From: Candidatus Latescibacterota bacterium | Lineage (GTDB): Bacteria; Latescibacterota; CBDEFO01 | Direction of reading: 5' to 3' | NCBI GenBank assembly: GCA_965248755.1 | Contig: OZ252149.1 | Location: 2,816,001-2,880,000, forward strand | DNA: 64,000 nt | Part shown: piece after piece, positions 20,326 through 29,727 of the stretch | How positions within the stretch are numbered: position 1 is the first letter of the stretch | Layout of the letters: each line of letters begins with the position of its first letter | Made by a program: the position numbers and the translations under genes | The notes under the pieces: generated by a model | Seen by the model: the letters and a program-made list of their open reading frames with translations, nothing else | Told to the model about the DNA's origin: nothing | The model's database searches: none

Positions 20326-21606
20326 ATGGATTTAAGGAGAATAATAATAGTTCTGGGTGCTTTGATGCAGCTCGGCTTCTCCTATATCGCTCTTGCAGGA
20401 GATCTCAGGACTAATATACCCAATTTCTGGGCCGCAATTTTCCCCCTATTTATCGTCTATCTTGTCGCTATATGGGTTGTCAAGCGCAGTGAACATGAGG
20501 AGAAAGCTCTCTTTTCTATAGTGATCTTTGCCGTGATTTTCAGACTTACTTTGATCTTTACGACTCCGTCGCTGTCGGACGATATATACCGATATTTGTG
20601 GGACGGAAGGACCCAACTAAACGGGATAAATCCTTATAAATATCCGCCAGGCGCTCAAGAAGTAGCTCATCTAAGAGATGAGTACTATCCCTATATCAAT
20701 CAAAAACATATCTCCACAATATATCCGCCCCTTTCACAGGCACTCTTCCTTGTGTCCTATTATGTAAGTCCTACGATAACGGGGATGAAGTTTGTATTTG
20801 TCCTCTTCGATCTTTTAACAATAGGGATTCTTCTGCTTTTGCTAAGAAGACTCGGACTTAATCTCAACTATTCTATCGTCTATGCGTGGAGCCCACTTGT
20901 GATAGTGGAGACGGCGTCGAGCGGGCACAATGAGGCATTGGCAGTATTTCTTTTACTTCTTGCTATCTATCTTATAGACAAAAAGAGTGATATGTGGTCA
21001 TTTGGAGTTTTGTCTTTATCCTTTCTGTCCAAGTTTTTAGCTTTTATATTGTTGCCGTTTTTTGTAGTCAAGGTTAGGAAGAAATGGGCTCTCTTTCTTT
21101 TCCCTCTGATGGCTGTGATAGGGTATTTGCCTTACGCAGATGCGGGAAAGCGGCTCCTTTACGGACTCGGCGTCTACACTTTGAAGTGGAGGTTTAACGA
21201 TTCCCTCTTTTCGATCATATATCATTACGCAGGTTCGTTAGATTTGTCGAAAGGAATCGTAGCTGGGGTCTTCATAGTGTACATGGCATATCTGGTGCTA
21301 AGGCAGGTCGATCCTCTAAAGGCTGGGTTTCATCTTGTGGGGCTCACGCTGGTGTTGACTACTACTCTTCATCCCTGGTATTTGATCTGGATGGTACCGT
21401 TCTTATGTTTCTATCACAGCGGGGCGTGGATACTCCTATCAGGTAGTATTCTTCTATCGTATCAGGTTCATACTAATTATGCAAACAGGGGCGTCTGGGA
21501 TACTTCCGATTGGGTCGTATGGGCCGAGTACGTTCCGTTCTACAGTCTGCTTGTGTCTTCTATAATTAACTCGATATACACAAGATATAAGTACAAGCTA
21601 AGGTAA
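20326..21606 (+). CDS. GT-C fold polytopic glycosyltransferase (GT87/DUF2029-like)
   Basis: LSDDIYRYLWDG, GINPY, TIYPP, YAWSPL..E...GHNE and HPWY motifs; many TM helices. Confidence 0.8.
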   Translation: MDLRRIIIVLGALMQLGFSYIALAGDLRTNIPNFWAAIFPLFIVYLVAIWVVKRSEHEEKALFSIVIFAVIFRLTLIFTTPSLSDDIYRYLWDGRTQLNGINPYKYPPGAQEVAHLRDEYYPYINQKHISTIYPPLSQALFLVSYYVSPTITGMKFVFVLFDLLTIGILLLLLRRLGLNLNYSIVYAWSPLVIVETASSGHNEALAVFLLLLAIYLIDKKSDMWSFGVLSLSFLSKFLAFILLPFFVVKVRKKWALFLFPLMAVIGYLPYADAGKRLLYGLGVYTLKWRFNDSLFSIIYHYAGSLDLSKGIVAGVFIVYMAYLVLRQVDPLKAGFHLVGLTLVLTTTLHPWYLIWMVPFLCFYHSGAWILLSGSILLSYQVHTNYANRGVWDTSDWVVWAEYVPFYSLLVSSIINSIYTRYKYKLR

Positions 21607-21623
21607 ATGCCTATACACTGCTA

Positions 21624-21674
21624 TTTGTGAACATAATCTTTTTGTGAGCATAATCTTTTTGTGAGCATAATCTT
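21624..21674. repeat. Three tandem 17-bp repeats TTTGTGA(A/G)CATAATCTT
   Basis: Read directly from the sequence, between convergent genes. Confidence 0.9.
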
Positions 21675-21788
21675 TTCCTGCTGCTGAACGAAACCTACCC
21701 CAAGCCCAGCTTGGTCGCTTACAGATACCATTCTTAAGCCAATTCCCTGACCAGCTCTTTAAATGATCCATAAAATGTCTCGTCTCCA

Positions 21789-23006
21789 TTACTGTCCGGC
21801 CACAAAGGGAGTGCGGGGGAAAGACATCAGCAGTTCTGGGCCTCCCTCGGTCACATGACACACATCTCCGAGCGGAACGAACATCTTTCCCGAGTCGGGC
21901 AAGGAGAAGATGGCGTGAACGACGGCGGTTGCACCAGCCTTGAGGACTGTCTGGTTACTTTCAGTCATGTTCTGAAGTTCACTGTAGTCCAATCCGATGC
22001 CGTGTCCTATGCGACCTCCTTGGATTTCCCAACCATGTTCTGCCGCCTTTTCTCTGATCGCCGCGGCGATGTGACCCACCGGCCAACCAGGTTTCATTAC
22101 TGTAAGACCTGCTTCCTGGGCCTCTCGCGTAATCTTGCAGATGTGTTCTAACTCTGTACAGGGCCTCTGAAGCACCCCCGTGCGTTGGCCGTGACACCAA
22201 TAGCCCTTGTAAACAACGTAGGAACAGGCCGCCATCAGGTCTCCTTCCTCCAACACGCGCATATGGGGTTTCAGTTCAAGCTTTACATTCGACCAGTCGG
22301 GTGGTGGACCTGAAGCCAACCAATACTTGGCGTGATCGGCACCCTCTCTCCGGATTACTCTTTCCATTTCTGCAACTATCTCAATGCCTTGAAGACCCGG
22401 CTCGGCTATCTTGAGCATCGTCTCGAAACCCAGGTCGCTCAGACGTGCTGCGTGCCTCATCATTTCGACTTCATCGGGGCTCTTGGCGTATCGCAGTTCC
22501 GCAACAATATCCTTTACGGATTTGAACCTTTCGCCCAGACCTTCGCATAGGCTTTGATGGAAAAAGAAGGACATGTTTTCAATACCAACGACCCCAATAT
22601 TCTTTCCTCCAAGTCCGTTATCTTGAAGAATTGCCAGTGCTTCCTCGGCAAAACTGCCAAGAGCGTCGCCTTTTTTCGGATCAACAGCTACGGCACCGGG
22701 GTCAACAGCTCGCACCAGGCGCACATCATCAAGCGGCGAGACCTCTAAGGCTAATTCACGCATGTAGGGCATCCCTGAAAAAAGCAGGGCTGGAGCACCC
22801 TGGAGAGGGACGACAACCGCCGAATCCACAATGCGGTCATGATCCGCCCATCCGGAAAGATAAGACACATGGCTTGTCTGTCCCCACTTGTGCTCCATTG
22901 GCGGCGAATATACAAATAGAGCACCTAGATCTTCTTCCTCTAAGAATTCTTGAATCTTTCCAAATCGAAGCTGACAAGTCTCATTTGAAATTCTCTCAGT
23001 CGTCAT
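21789..23006 (-). CDS. M24 (Xaa-Pro aminopeptidase/creatinase-fold) family protein
   Basis: Creatinase-N-like domain (YLSGW), LRYAKSPDEVEMMRHAA, RVLEEGD, YKGYW..QRT and GHGIGL; several canonical metal ligands appear substituted. Confidence 0.8.
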   Translation of the reverse strand: MTTERISNETCQLRFGKIQEFLEEEDLGALFVYSPPMEHKWGQTSHVSYLSGWADHDRIVDSAVVVPLQGAPALLFSGMPYMRELALEVSPLDDVRLVRAVDPGAVAVDPKKGDALGSFAEEALAILQDNGLGGKNIGVVGIENMSFFFHQSLCEGLGERFKSVKDIVAELRYAKSPDEVEMMRHAARLSDLGFETMLKIAEPGLQGIEIVAEMERVIRREGADHAKYWLASGPPPDWSNVKLELKPHMRVLEEGDLMAACSYVVYKGYWCHGQRTGVLQRPCTELEHICKITREAQEAGLTVMKPGWPVGHIAAAIREKAAEHGWEIQGGRIGHGIGLDYSELQNMTESNQTVLKAGATAVVHAIFSLPDSGKMFVPLGDVCHVTEGGPELLMSFPRTPFVAGQ

Positions 23007-23329
23007 GAAACCTCCTCCTCGCTATTAGATGTTCTATGTCCTTCTGCGTCAAATTAAATGCATTCGTGGTGGTTAGGTCAAACCGTTTTCAGCCAGGTTG
23101 TGGCGATTCCCATAATGTGCTCACCGCTTGGAGTTAGATCTTGTCAACTGTCGATACTTCAAAGTTGATCTTGAGCCGCAGGTTCTTATGAGCCGTTGCA
23201 AGGTGGGTTGTCGGGCATTATAGAGGCCTTTCTCTACTCTACGAACTGCCGATGCCGCCAGAGGTGGTCTGGTCGACGCGCCTAAGTAACGAAGCCGCAA
23301 GCCGGGTATTGATTAGCGAGGGGGAGCAT

Positions 23330-24049
23330 TTATTCTTCGAGAATTTCCGAAAGGTTTCTGATGATTCGGTCAGGGTGCACTTGGGTCGCATCAGGCAAGC
23401 CTTTGCCCGCAAAGTCTACCCAAATAGCGAAAATCCCCAGGCGCTGGGGACCCTTCACATCCCAGTCCAGATTATCCCCGATCATCCACGTATCCTCTGG
23501 TTCTACGTTGAGTCGATCCAGACTATGCACGTAAACCCGTTCATCGGGTTTGCCGACACCAAATTCATCTTCGACAAGGATGTAATCAAAGAGGTTGGCC
23601 AGTCCGAACTTCTCTATCTTTCTCCGCTGTCCCTCGGCGTTTCCATTTGTGATAAGCGCCAGGTGGATACCTTTTCCCCGGAGTCGGTGTAGGGCTTCGA
23701 TGGCTCCGGGAAATGGCTGGACTGTTTCCTCTCTTTTGGAGGTGTACGAGTCTGCTATTTCGTTCGCCAAAGTTCCGTAATTTATCTTCAAACGATGAAA
23801 GCCACCAGCGACGATTTCTCGCCGCGCCATCCCTAAGTTCAGGCGCCCCCTACGATGACGTTCGGGATTCTGCCAGAACCAGGTACGGCTTTGCCTGATG
23901 GCTTCGAATAGAGCTTCGGCCTTAAGTCCTTCTACTCTAAACGCAAATTTCTCACAGATTTTTCGCCAAGTCGGCTCTGCGCTCTCGGAGAACGCCAAAA
24001 TTGTATCGTCCAGATCAAATAGAATGGCTTTTGGTAGACTATTTTTCAC
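23330..24049 (-). CDS. HAD-superfamily hydrolase (subfamily IA)
   Basis: FDLDDT, LITNG, GKPD and MIGDNLDWDV motifs. Confidence 0.92.
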   Translation of the reverse strand: MKNSLPKAILFDLDDTILAFSESAEPTWRKICEKFAFRVEGLKAEALFEAIRQSRTWFWQNPERHRRGRLNLGMARREIVAGGFHRLKINYGTLANEIADSYTSKREETVQPFPGAIEALHRLRGKGIHLALITNGNAEGQRRKIEKFGLANLFDYILVEDEFGVGKPDERVYVHSLDRLNVEPEDTWMIGDNLDWDVKGPQRLGIFAIWVDFAGKGLPDATQVHPDRIIRNLSEILEE

Positions 24050-24333
24050 TGATTATCTCGACTTCAAAGAAATGTCCGAAGGATATCCTGGCTCCACCCA
24101 TTATATCTAACGTCTTAGTATGTGCTAACCCAGTGCTGTTGATTGGGCTTAGGAAGGCACGCGCCGTGTTGTTTGTAATCAGAGCAGCCGAATGGGAGCG
24201 GACACAGGCCTTTCTGTTCTTGTGATTGCTCCCATCCCCAAGAAGAAGACAGCTATCTAGATCCGAAAGACTCCAAGCCTTTCGAGGTATGAGTGATCCA
24301 CCAAGTCATTTATATCCCCTAAATTGCATGAGG

Positions 24334-25077
24334 CTATGAGCTTTTCTTATCCTTCTCGGCGGCGTATGCATGTCCGCCGAAGATCGCTCTGATCTCTGCC
24401 GCCGTTTTAGCATTTTTCAATGCATTAATTCGGGGTTCTTCTTCTTCTTTCAGCGCTCGAACATTGGTAAGAACAGCCTCGAGCTTGTCGGCTGGAAACT
24501 TGCAGGCGCCATTTTCGTCCATGTGGATAATCTCACCGGGAGCAACATCCATGCCTGCCACTGTGACTGGAACATTTACCGCATGGACGCCCATGTCTCC
24601 GTGTCCTGCCGTGACACCGCTCAGCATATACTGAAACTTCATGGGACGTATCTCATCTATGTCCCGTGAAGGACCGTTGGATATGGCACCAACACAGCTT
24701 ATGGCTTTCAAAGCAGCCGTCATATTCCCACCAGACAGTCCCACCTTATCTGCGATCTCCGGTGGAAACTTCTGCTGAAAGACCAGAATGGATGGTCTCT
24801 TTGATGCTTCCAATCCGTCGATCACATCCATAAAGGACAGGCGTGAGTAATTTGGATCGGGCAATCCATATACACATGTTACGGCATATCCAACGGTTCT
24901 ACCCAATTCGGGATAAATACAGCGGATGGATTGGTCAGTGTACCAGTTCTCTGTCCAGGGATTGTAAAGTCCAAGACAAAGAGGGTTATTGGGATAGGTG
25001 GCGACGACGTTGGTAATTGACGGTGTATCGTGGTTTCGCAATTCCTCTAACATTTCCTGTTCGGTTAGTTTTGCCAT
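24334..25077 (-). CDS. RraA-like / HMG-aldolase family protein
   Basis: DTPSITN, VGYAVT, GGNM, NGPSRDIDE and VAPGEIIHMDENG; AGGAGGAG RBS before ATG 25077. Confidence 0.85.
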   Translation of the reverse strand: MAKLTEQEMLEELRNHDTPSITNVVATYPNNPLCLGLYNPWTENWYTDQSIRCIYPELGRTVGYAVTCVYGLPDPNYSRLSFMDVIDGLEASKRPSILVFQQKFPPEIADKVGLSGGNMTAALKAISCVGAISNGPSRDIDEIRPMKFQYMLSGVTAGHGDMGVHAVNVPVTVAGMDVAPGEIIHMDENGACKFPADKLEAVLTNVRALKEEEEPRINALKNAKTAAEIRAIFGGHAYAAEKDKKSS

Positions 25078-25631
25078 TGGTCTCCTCCTTATATAAGATT
25101 CCAGAATCAAAGCCATATCCTACCCAATGGGTACAGAAATCAGGTGGATGAACCAAGCTGCTTCCATGGTCCCCTTTGTTTTGTCTGTTTGCCAATTCCC
25201 AGATCACTGCCCGCCATCTGTTCTGCTCCTTCGACAGGGAGAGCAGGTCCCTCATTTTTCAGGAGGAACAGTCTCCTTTCTGCTGCCCTGGGGCGACTTC
25301 TGTATCTTCACATCACGCAGTAGGCTAAGATATGAAAGGAAATAGTGGATGTCAATAGGAATTATGGCTGACCGCAAGAAGCTCAGAATTCAGATGCGTC
25401 TGACGTTAGTTATCTTTATTACATGTGTGTCTGAGGAACTTCTTACACATAATTGTCCTTCTCTTAAGGGCAATTCGTGTTCATATTAAAAGAGAGCGGG
25501 GGAGAAAGTCTGTTCTGCATTAGATATCTCTGTAGGTGAGCTGTTTGACACGATAAAGGCAGAATAGATCAGGGGAGAATACGAGGGTATGGAGGCGATT
25601 CGGAAAGTTTCGGAGAGTTCACCACATCCTC

Positions 25632-26399
25632 CTATACTTTTTCGGCTACCATCCATTGCATGGCGCGATGTGGCACGATTCTCTTGAAGGGGAGCTTGCC
25701 TGGTTCTGCCAAGTAGCAGACTATCTCACCCGAAGTTGATGGCCGCATCATCGCCAGGTGAAGACCGTCATTCCAGGTAAATGGCCACTTGGGTGCCCCC
25801 ACCAGTACCAGGTCGCAATTAGATAGCACGTGGCCTTGCTGGATGATCGGCTGCATCGTCGTCAAAAAAGATATGTGATTTGGACCCAGGGCATGGTCGT
25901 CTGCCAGACCGAAAAGTTGTCTGATGCCGACCCGAATAGTGCGTCCCTGCCTCACAAGTTCTTTGAGTGCCTCCAGGTCTCCGAAAATAGGCTGGCCCTC
26001 GGCATCGTTTTCGTAAACCAGACTGAAGCGATCACAGACGAACCACCGATAGATGCCGTAGGGATAGGTATTGCTTTCATCAAGTACCTTATCACCGAGC
26101 ATCCACTTGATATGTGAAAAGGTTCCCGAGCTGTCGTACTTGAACAGACTGATATAGGGTTGTTGCGCAATCTCGCCTCGGTGGGTGTAGGAGTGGTGGT
26201 GACTCATCAGGCCGGCAAAGTCATCGCCCTCTCCGGCATAGGTCTGTTGAAAATACAGCGTCTCCTCATAAGTTTTTGTCGTCATATAGAGACGAAGGTC
26301 AGAGCCACGCCGTACGGCGCTGGCGACTTCTATGGTACTCCCACGAGTAACAGAGAGATCGGTCTGCTGTTCCAGTGCAAGAATCCAATCATTTCCCAT
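25632..26399 (-). CDS. Hypothetical protein, no recognised family
   Basis: 255-aa ORF with GGAGAGG RBS before ATG 26399; protein-like composition. Confidence 0.7.
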   Translation of the reverse strand: MGNDWILALEQQTDLSVTRGSTIEVASAVRRGSDLRLYMTTKTYEETLYFQQTYAGEGDDFAGLMSHHHSYTHRGEIAQQPYISLFKYDSSGTFSHIKWMLGDKVLDESNTYPYGIYRWFVCDRFSLVYENDAEGQPIFGDLEALKELVRQGRTIRVGIRQLFGLADDHALGPNHISFLTTMQPIIQQGHVLSNCDLVLVGAPKWPFTWNDGLHLAMMRPSTSGEIVCYLAEPGKLPFKRIVPHRAMQWMVAEKV

Positions 26400-26881
26400 T
26401 GTGCCTCTCCAGAATATGTAGACGTAGTGGTATCTCCTGAGGTTGCTTCTGCACGCTGTGAGCGCTTTCCTGTGGAGGTGGAAGCAGCACAGCACGAGGC
26501 GCCGCCCTTCGTGCTGTGCTGTTAGGGAGGGAAGGTAGATGCAGCAAAGTACGAATTGTCTGCTTTACTGAGGTGGCAGCAAGGCACGAACTGGGCAAGG
26601 AATCACACTTGTGTTGCCTCTCCCTGTGTGCTCCATGCTAAATCTAACTCTATAGTCTTGTAAAGACTATTTTGACCTGATTTGTGACTACCTTTGGACA
26701 AAATCACTTGCTTTATTATCTTTCCTTTTGTATATTGATCTTGACAAAAGTCCAAACCACTTCACGGTTTCTTGCCGAAGCCGGCCCATTCCGCCCCTGA
26801 AGGACGGTAGTGAGCAACTTGAGAGGTTTCTTTGTTGTATGTTTGGATGCAAAGTCATCTTTTTAGTTTTAGGAGAAAGAA

Positions 26882-27691
26882 ATGAAGACCATCCACTCCG
26901 TGGTCTCTTGCCGACGCCCTGTCCATTTTCCCACGCTCTTTTTCGTAGCTATCCTGCTTATCGGGTCATGCTTAGTCCGTCCGTCCTACGGATTTGATGA
27001 TAAGGCATTGCAAGAAGTGGACGGTAATATTCTCAGGTACAGCTCCGCCTGGACCTCGTCCTTTTCTCAGTGGCCTGGTTCCATTAACAAAATAGGGGAA
27101 ATGGACGAGCCTATGCTCTTCTCCTTGTCATCCTTATCGTCAGAAGGCAGGATTCGGGTAGCGCTTGCTCAGAGTGAGGCGACTTCTGTGTTTACACCAG
27201 AAATAGAACTGGACCCCGATGAAAAGACGCACGACTTTGGGAATATCCCCATAGGAAGGTCTCAAAGGTGGACTCTCTGGGTCAGAAACAAGGGAAATAT
27301 CAATCTTGAAGTTGTGTGTCGGCTTGATGAAAAGATTACAGACTACACAATTGTTCAGGGGGAAGGCGAATCCGTTATCAGACCCTCCGAAGACATGAAG
27401 GTGGTGGCCAAATTCACTCCTGGAACCGAGGGCAACATAGAAGATAGATTGGTGATCCTGTCCAACGACCCGAAGCGAGAATCGATCCAGATCGCACTCA
27501 TAGGCAAAGGCTTGAATCTTGAAAGACAACGGGCAACCTATCTTGGCGACTATGGGTTAAAGACTGATCGCTATAGACCCAATTACGGTGACCACTACTG
27601 GCAGTCTAAGAAGGAGATAGTCTTTAAGGCGATCTTTGTCACAGTAAGCACAGCCGCGGTAGTTTCAGCTATAGCCTTGATCGCGCAGTAA
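26882..27691 (+). CDS. Exported protein with an Ig-like (choice-of-anchor D / ASH-type) domain and C-terminal TM helix
   Basis: AGGAGA RBS, signal-like N-terminus, HDFGNI...VRNKGNINL...FTP...LVILSNDP pattern, hydrophobic C-terminus. Confidence 0.65.
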   Translation: MKTIHSVVSCRRPVHFPTLFFVAILLIGSCLVRPSYGFDDKALQEVDGNILRYSSAWTSSFSQWPGSINKIGEMDEPMLFSLSSLSSEGRIRVALAQSEATSVFTPEIELDPDEKTHDFGNIPIGRSQRWTLWVRNKGNINLEVVCRLDEKITDYTIVQGEGESVIRPSEDMKVVAKFTPGTEGNIEDRLVILSNDPKRESIQIALIGKGLNLERQRATYLGDYGLKTDRYRPNYGDHYWQSKKEIVFKAIFVTVSTAAVVSAIALIAQ

Positions 27692-27823
27692 TTATGAATT
27701 GTCTCTAGGGTTGCGCTAAGAACTCGTTATGGGCAGCGTGGCCACTGCGTGCGCTGTGGCTACCCGTTTTTCCAGGGGACACGAATGTCAGCAAGCCACG
27801 AAGTGTTCTGTGGTAGACGATAC

Positions 27824-29188
27824 TTAGATTTCTGTGTGCTCCTCCGGGTCTTCTGAAGTGGTTGTTTCCTCCTTTATCTGATCTTTGTCGATTTTAGTGA
27901 TTTTCACTTTCGATATTCTTTGACCTTCCAACTCCTCGATCCACATTTTGAGCCCGTTGAACTCGAAACTTTCACTTTCATCGGGGATGTGTCCAAGATA
28001 ATCGTAGATGAACCCTCCCAGTGTTCCAAAGCTGTCTGACGGTATATCAGAGTTTAAAGTCTCATTCAGGTTGTGTATGTTTATCTTAGCATCCACTATC
28101 CAGGACGATCTTTTCTCATCCCAAAAAATTAAGCCCTTCTCCTCATCGTATTCGTCTTCTATCTCCCCAACTATCTCCTCCAGGAGGTCCTCCAGAGTCA
28201 CCAATCCCGCCACACCGCCGTACTCGTCCACTACGATAGCCATATGCCTCTTTTCCCGCTTGAAATCTCTCAAAAGCTCATCTATCTTCTTATTTTCTGG
28301 TACATAATAGGCCTCCCGGATCAAACTGCTCTTTCCCTTCTCCTTAATGAACTCTTCTAAAGTGTCATCAGTACTCCAATCCTTCGAACTTCCCAAAGCG
28401 TACAAGAGGTCCTTAGCGTACACCACTCCTTCTACATTATCCACCCTCTCTCTGTAGACAGGAACTCTGGAATGTCCACCCTCCTTGATCATCACCAATA
28501 GCTCTCCCAAGCTTAAAGAGCGCTCCGCAGCGACCATATCTACCCTCGGCACCATTACCCCCTTGACCGTAGTGTCGTAGAACTCAAATACGCCCTCAAT
28601 CATCTCCTTTTCATCCTCCTCGATCACACCCTCTTCACTTTCTGTCTCCACTATAGTCCTTAACTCTTCCTCCTTTGCGGCCTTATAGTCCACTTCATCC
28701 GACAGCAAACCTAACAACCTGCTCAGAGCACGCGCAAAAGGCGAAAAGGCAAAGTGAAATAGATAAAAATAGGACCGAAACTTGGGAGCATCTCGGTTTT
28801 CGTTATCGTCCTTCCTGAAGCGATAGGGGATGTTCTCACACAGGACCAGAAAAACTCCCGCCAGAACTATTCCCCAGATAATACCGTAATTTCCGGAAAA
28901 ATTCATAGCCAGAAGGACTGTTGAAGTCACAGCCACAGTACCGAGCAAAGTCCGGGCTATCCTTACTGTAAGTCCGAGCTTGTCCCTTGGCTGATAAACT
29001 CTTAACATCCTTCGAGCTCCCACCAAGCCTTCCTCATCCATCCTTAACAAGGAAGATCGCGATACAGAAGAAATAGCGGTTTCCATCTTAGATAACAGTA
29101 TGGTCATTAGAAACGAAATGACCGCCACAATCGCTTTTAATACGATCCATCCCTGTGTGTTGTTTGCTCCAAACGACGACTCGTCCAA
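27824..29188 (-). CDS. Hemolysin/CNNM-family protein (DUF21 + CBS pair + CorC domain)
   Basis: METAI, CENIP, VMVPRVDM, HSRVPVY, HMAIVVDEYGGVAGLVTLEDLLEEIVGEIEDEYD and TLGGF. Confidence 0.92.
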   Translation of the reverse strand: MDESSFGANNTQGWIVLKAIVAVISFLMTILLSKMETAISSVSRSSLLRMDEEGLVGARRMLRVYQPRDKLGLTVRIARTLLGTVAVTSTVLLAMNFSGNYGIIWGIVLAGVFLVLCENIPYRFRKDDNENRDAPKFRSYFYLFHFAFSPFARALSRLLGLLSDEVDYKAAKEEELRTIVETESEEGVIEEDEKEMIEGVFEFYDTTVKGVMVPRVDMVAAERSLSLGELLVMIKEGGHSRVPVYRERVDNVEGVVYAKDLLYALGSSKDWSTDDTLEEFIKEKGKSSLIREAYYVPENKKIDELLRDFKREKRHMAIVVDEYGGVAGLVTLEDLLEEIVGEIEDEYDEEKGLIFWDEKRSSWIVDAKINIHNLNETLNSDIPSDSFGTLGGFIYDYLGHIPDESESFEFNGLKMWIEELEGQRISKVKITKIDKDQIKEETTTSEDPEEHTEI

Positions 29189-29253
29189 AGATAAAAACCC
29201 CTTTCGAGTTTAAAGGAAAAAGATCAGATCTCCTGATTCCTTATTTCCCGATC

Positions 29254-29724
29254 TTAACTACTTACCTTCCGGGAACTTGACACAGATGAAAACTGCTTTA
29301 GGTACCTTTCCACGCTCTCCGTCATTATCTTCTCCTCCTCCTCGTCTTTGTGATCCATTCCTGTAAGGTGCAAAATGCCGTGAGCCAAGAGTCGCATCAC
29401 CTCCTCCTCTAAAGGCACTCCGGCCTTGGAAGCTTGTTCCATTGCTCTTTCTATCGATATGTAGACCTCCCCTTGGACATCGTCGGAAAAATCCGAGGCG
29501 TCGAAGTCGTCTTCGAGGTGGAAGGACAATACATCAGTCGGGGAATCTATCGAGCGATACCGACGATTTAAGTGGTGAATAAACTTATCGTTGGAGATCA
29601 CGACACTGATTGTCCCCTTTTCTTTGCCTTTGTCCTTTATGATCCGCTCCGAAAGTAGCCTAAACTTATACTCATCCCACCATGTGGGTGTGTCTGTTTC
29701 TTCAAAAAAAAACTTCACACTCAT
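29254..29724 (-). CDS. ybeY: rRNA maturation endoribonuclease YbeY
   Basis: LNRRYR..DSPTDVLSF, GEVYIS and HGILHLTGMDH. Confidence 0.95.
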   Translation of the reverse strand: MSVKFFFEETDTPTWWDEYKFRLLSERIIKDKGKEKGTISVVISNDKFIHHLNRRYRSIDSPTDVLSFHLEDDFDASDFSDDVQGEVYISIERAMEQASKAGVPLEEEVMRLLAHGILHLTGMDHKDEEEEKIMTESVERYLKQFSSVSSSRKVSS

Positions 29725-29727
29725 CTC

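Noticed and set aside
21624..21674. CRISPR array
   Set aside because: The repeats are contiguous with no spacers, and there are no cas genes in the window.
23030..25410. Integron attC sites between the minus-strand accessory genes
   Set aside because: Only isolated TAAC/GTTAG words; no paired R/L boxes and no integrase.
26750..26830. Riboswitch upstream of the Ig-domain gene
   Set aside because: GC-rich stretch, but no match to the c-di-GMP, TPP, SAM or cobalamin consensus elements I can recognise.
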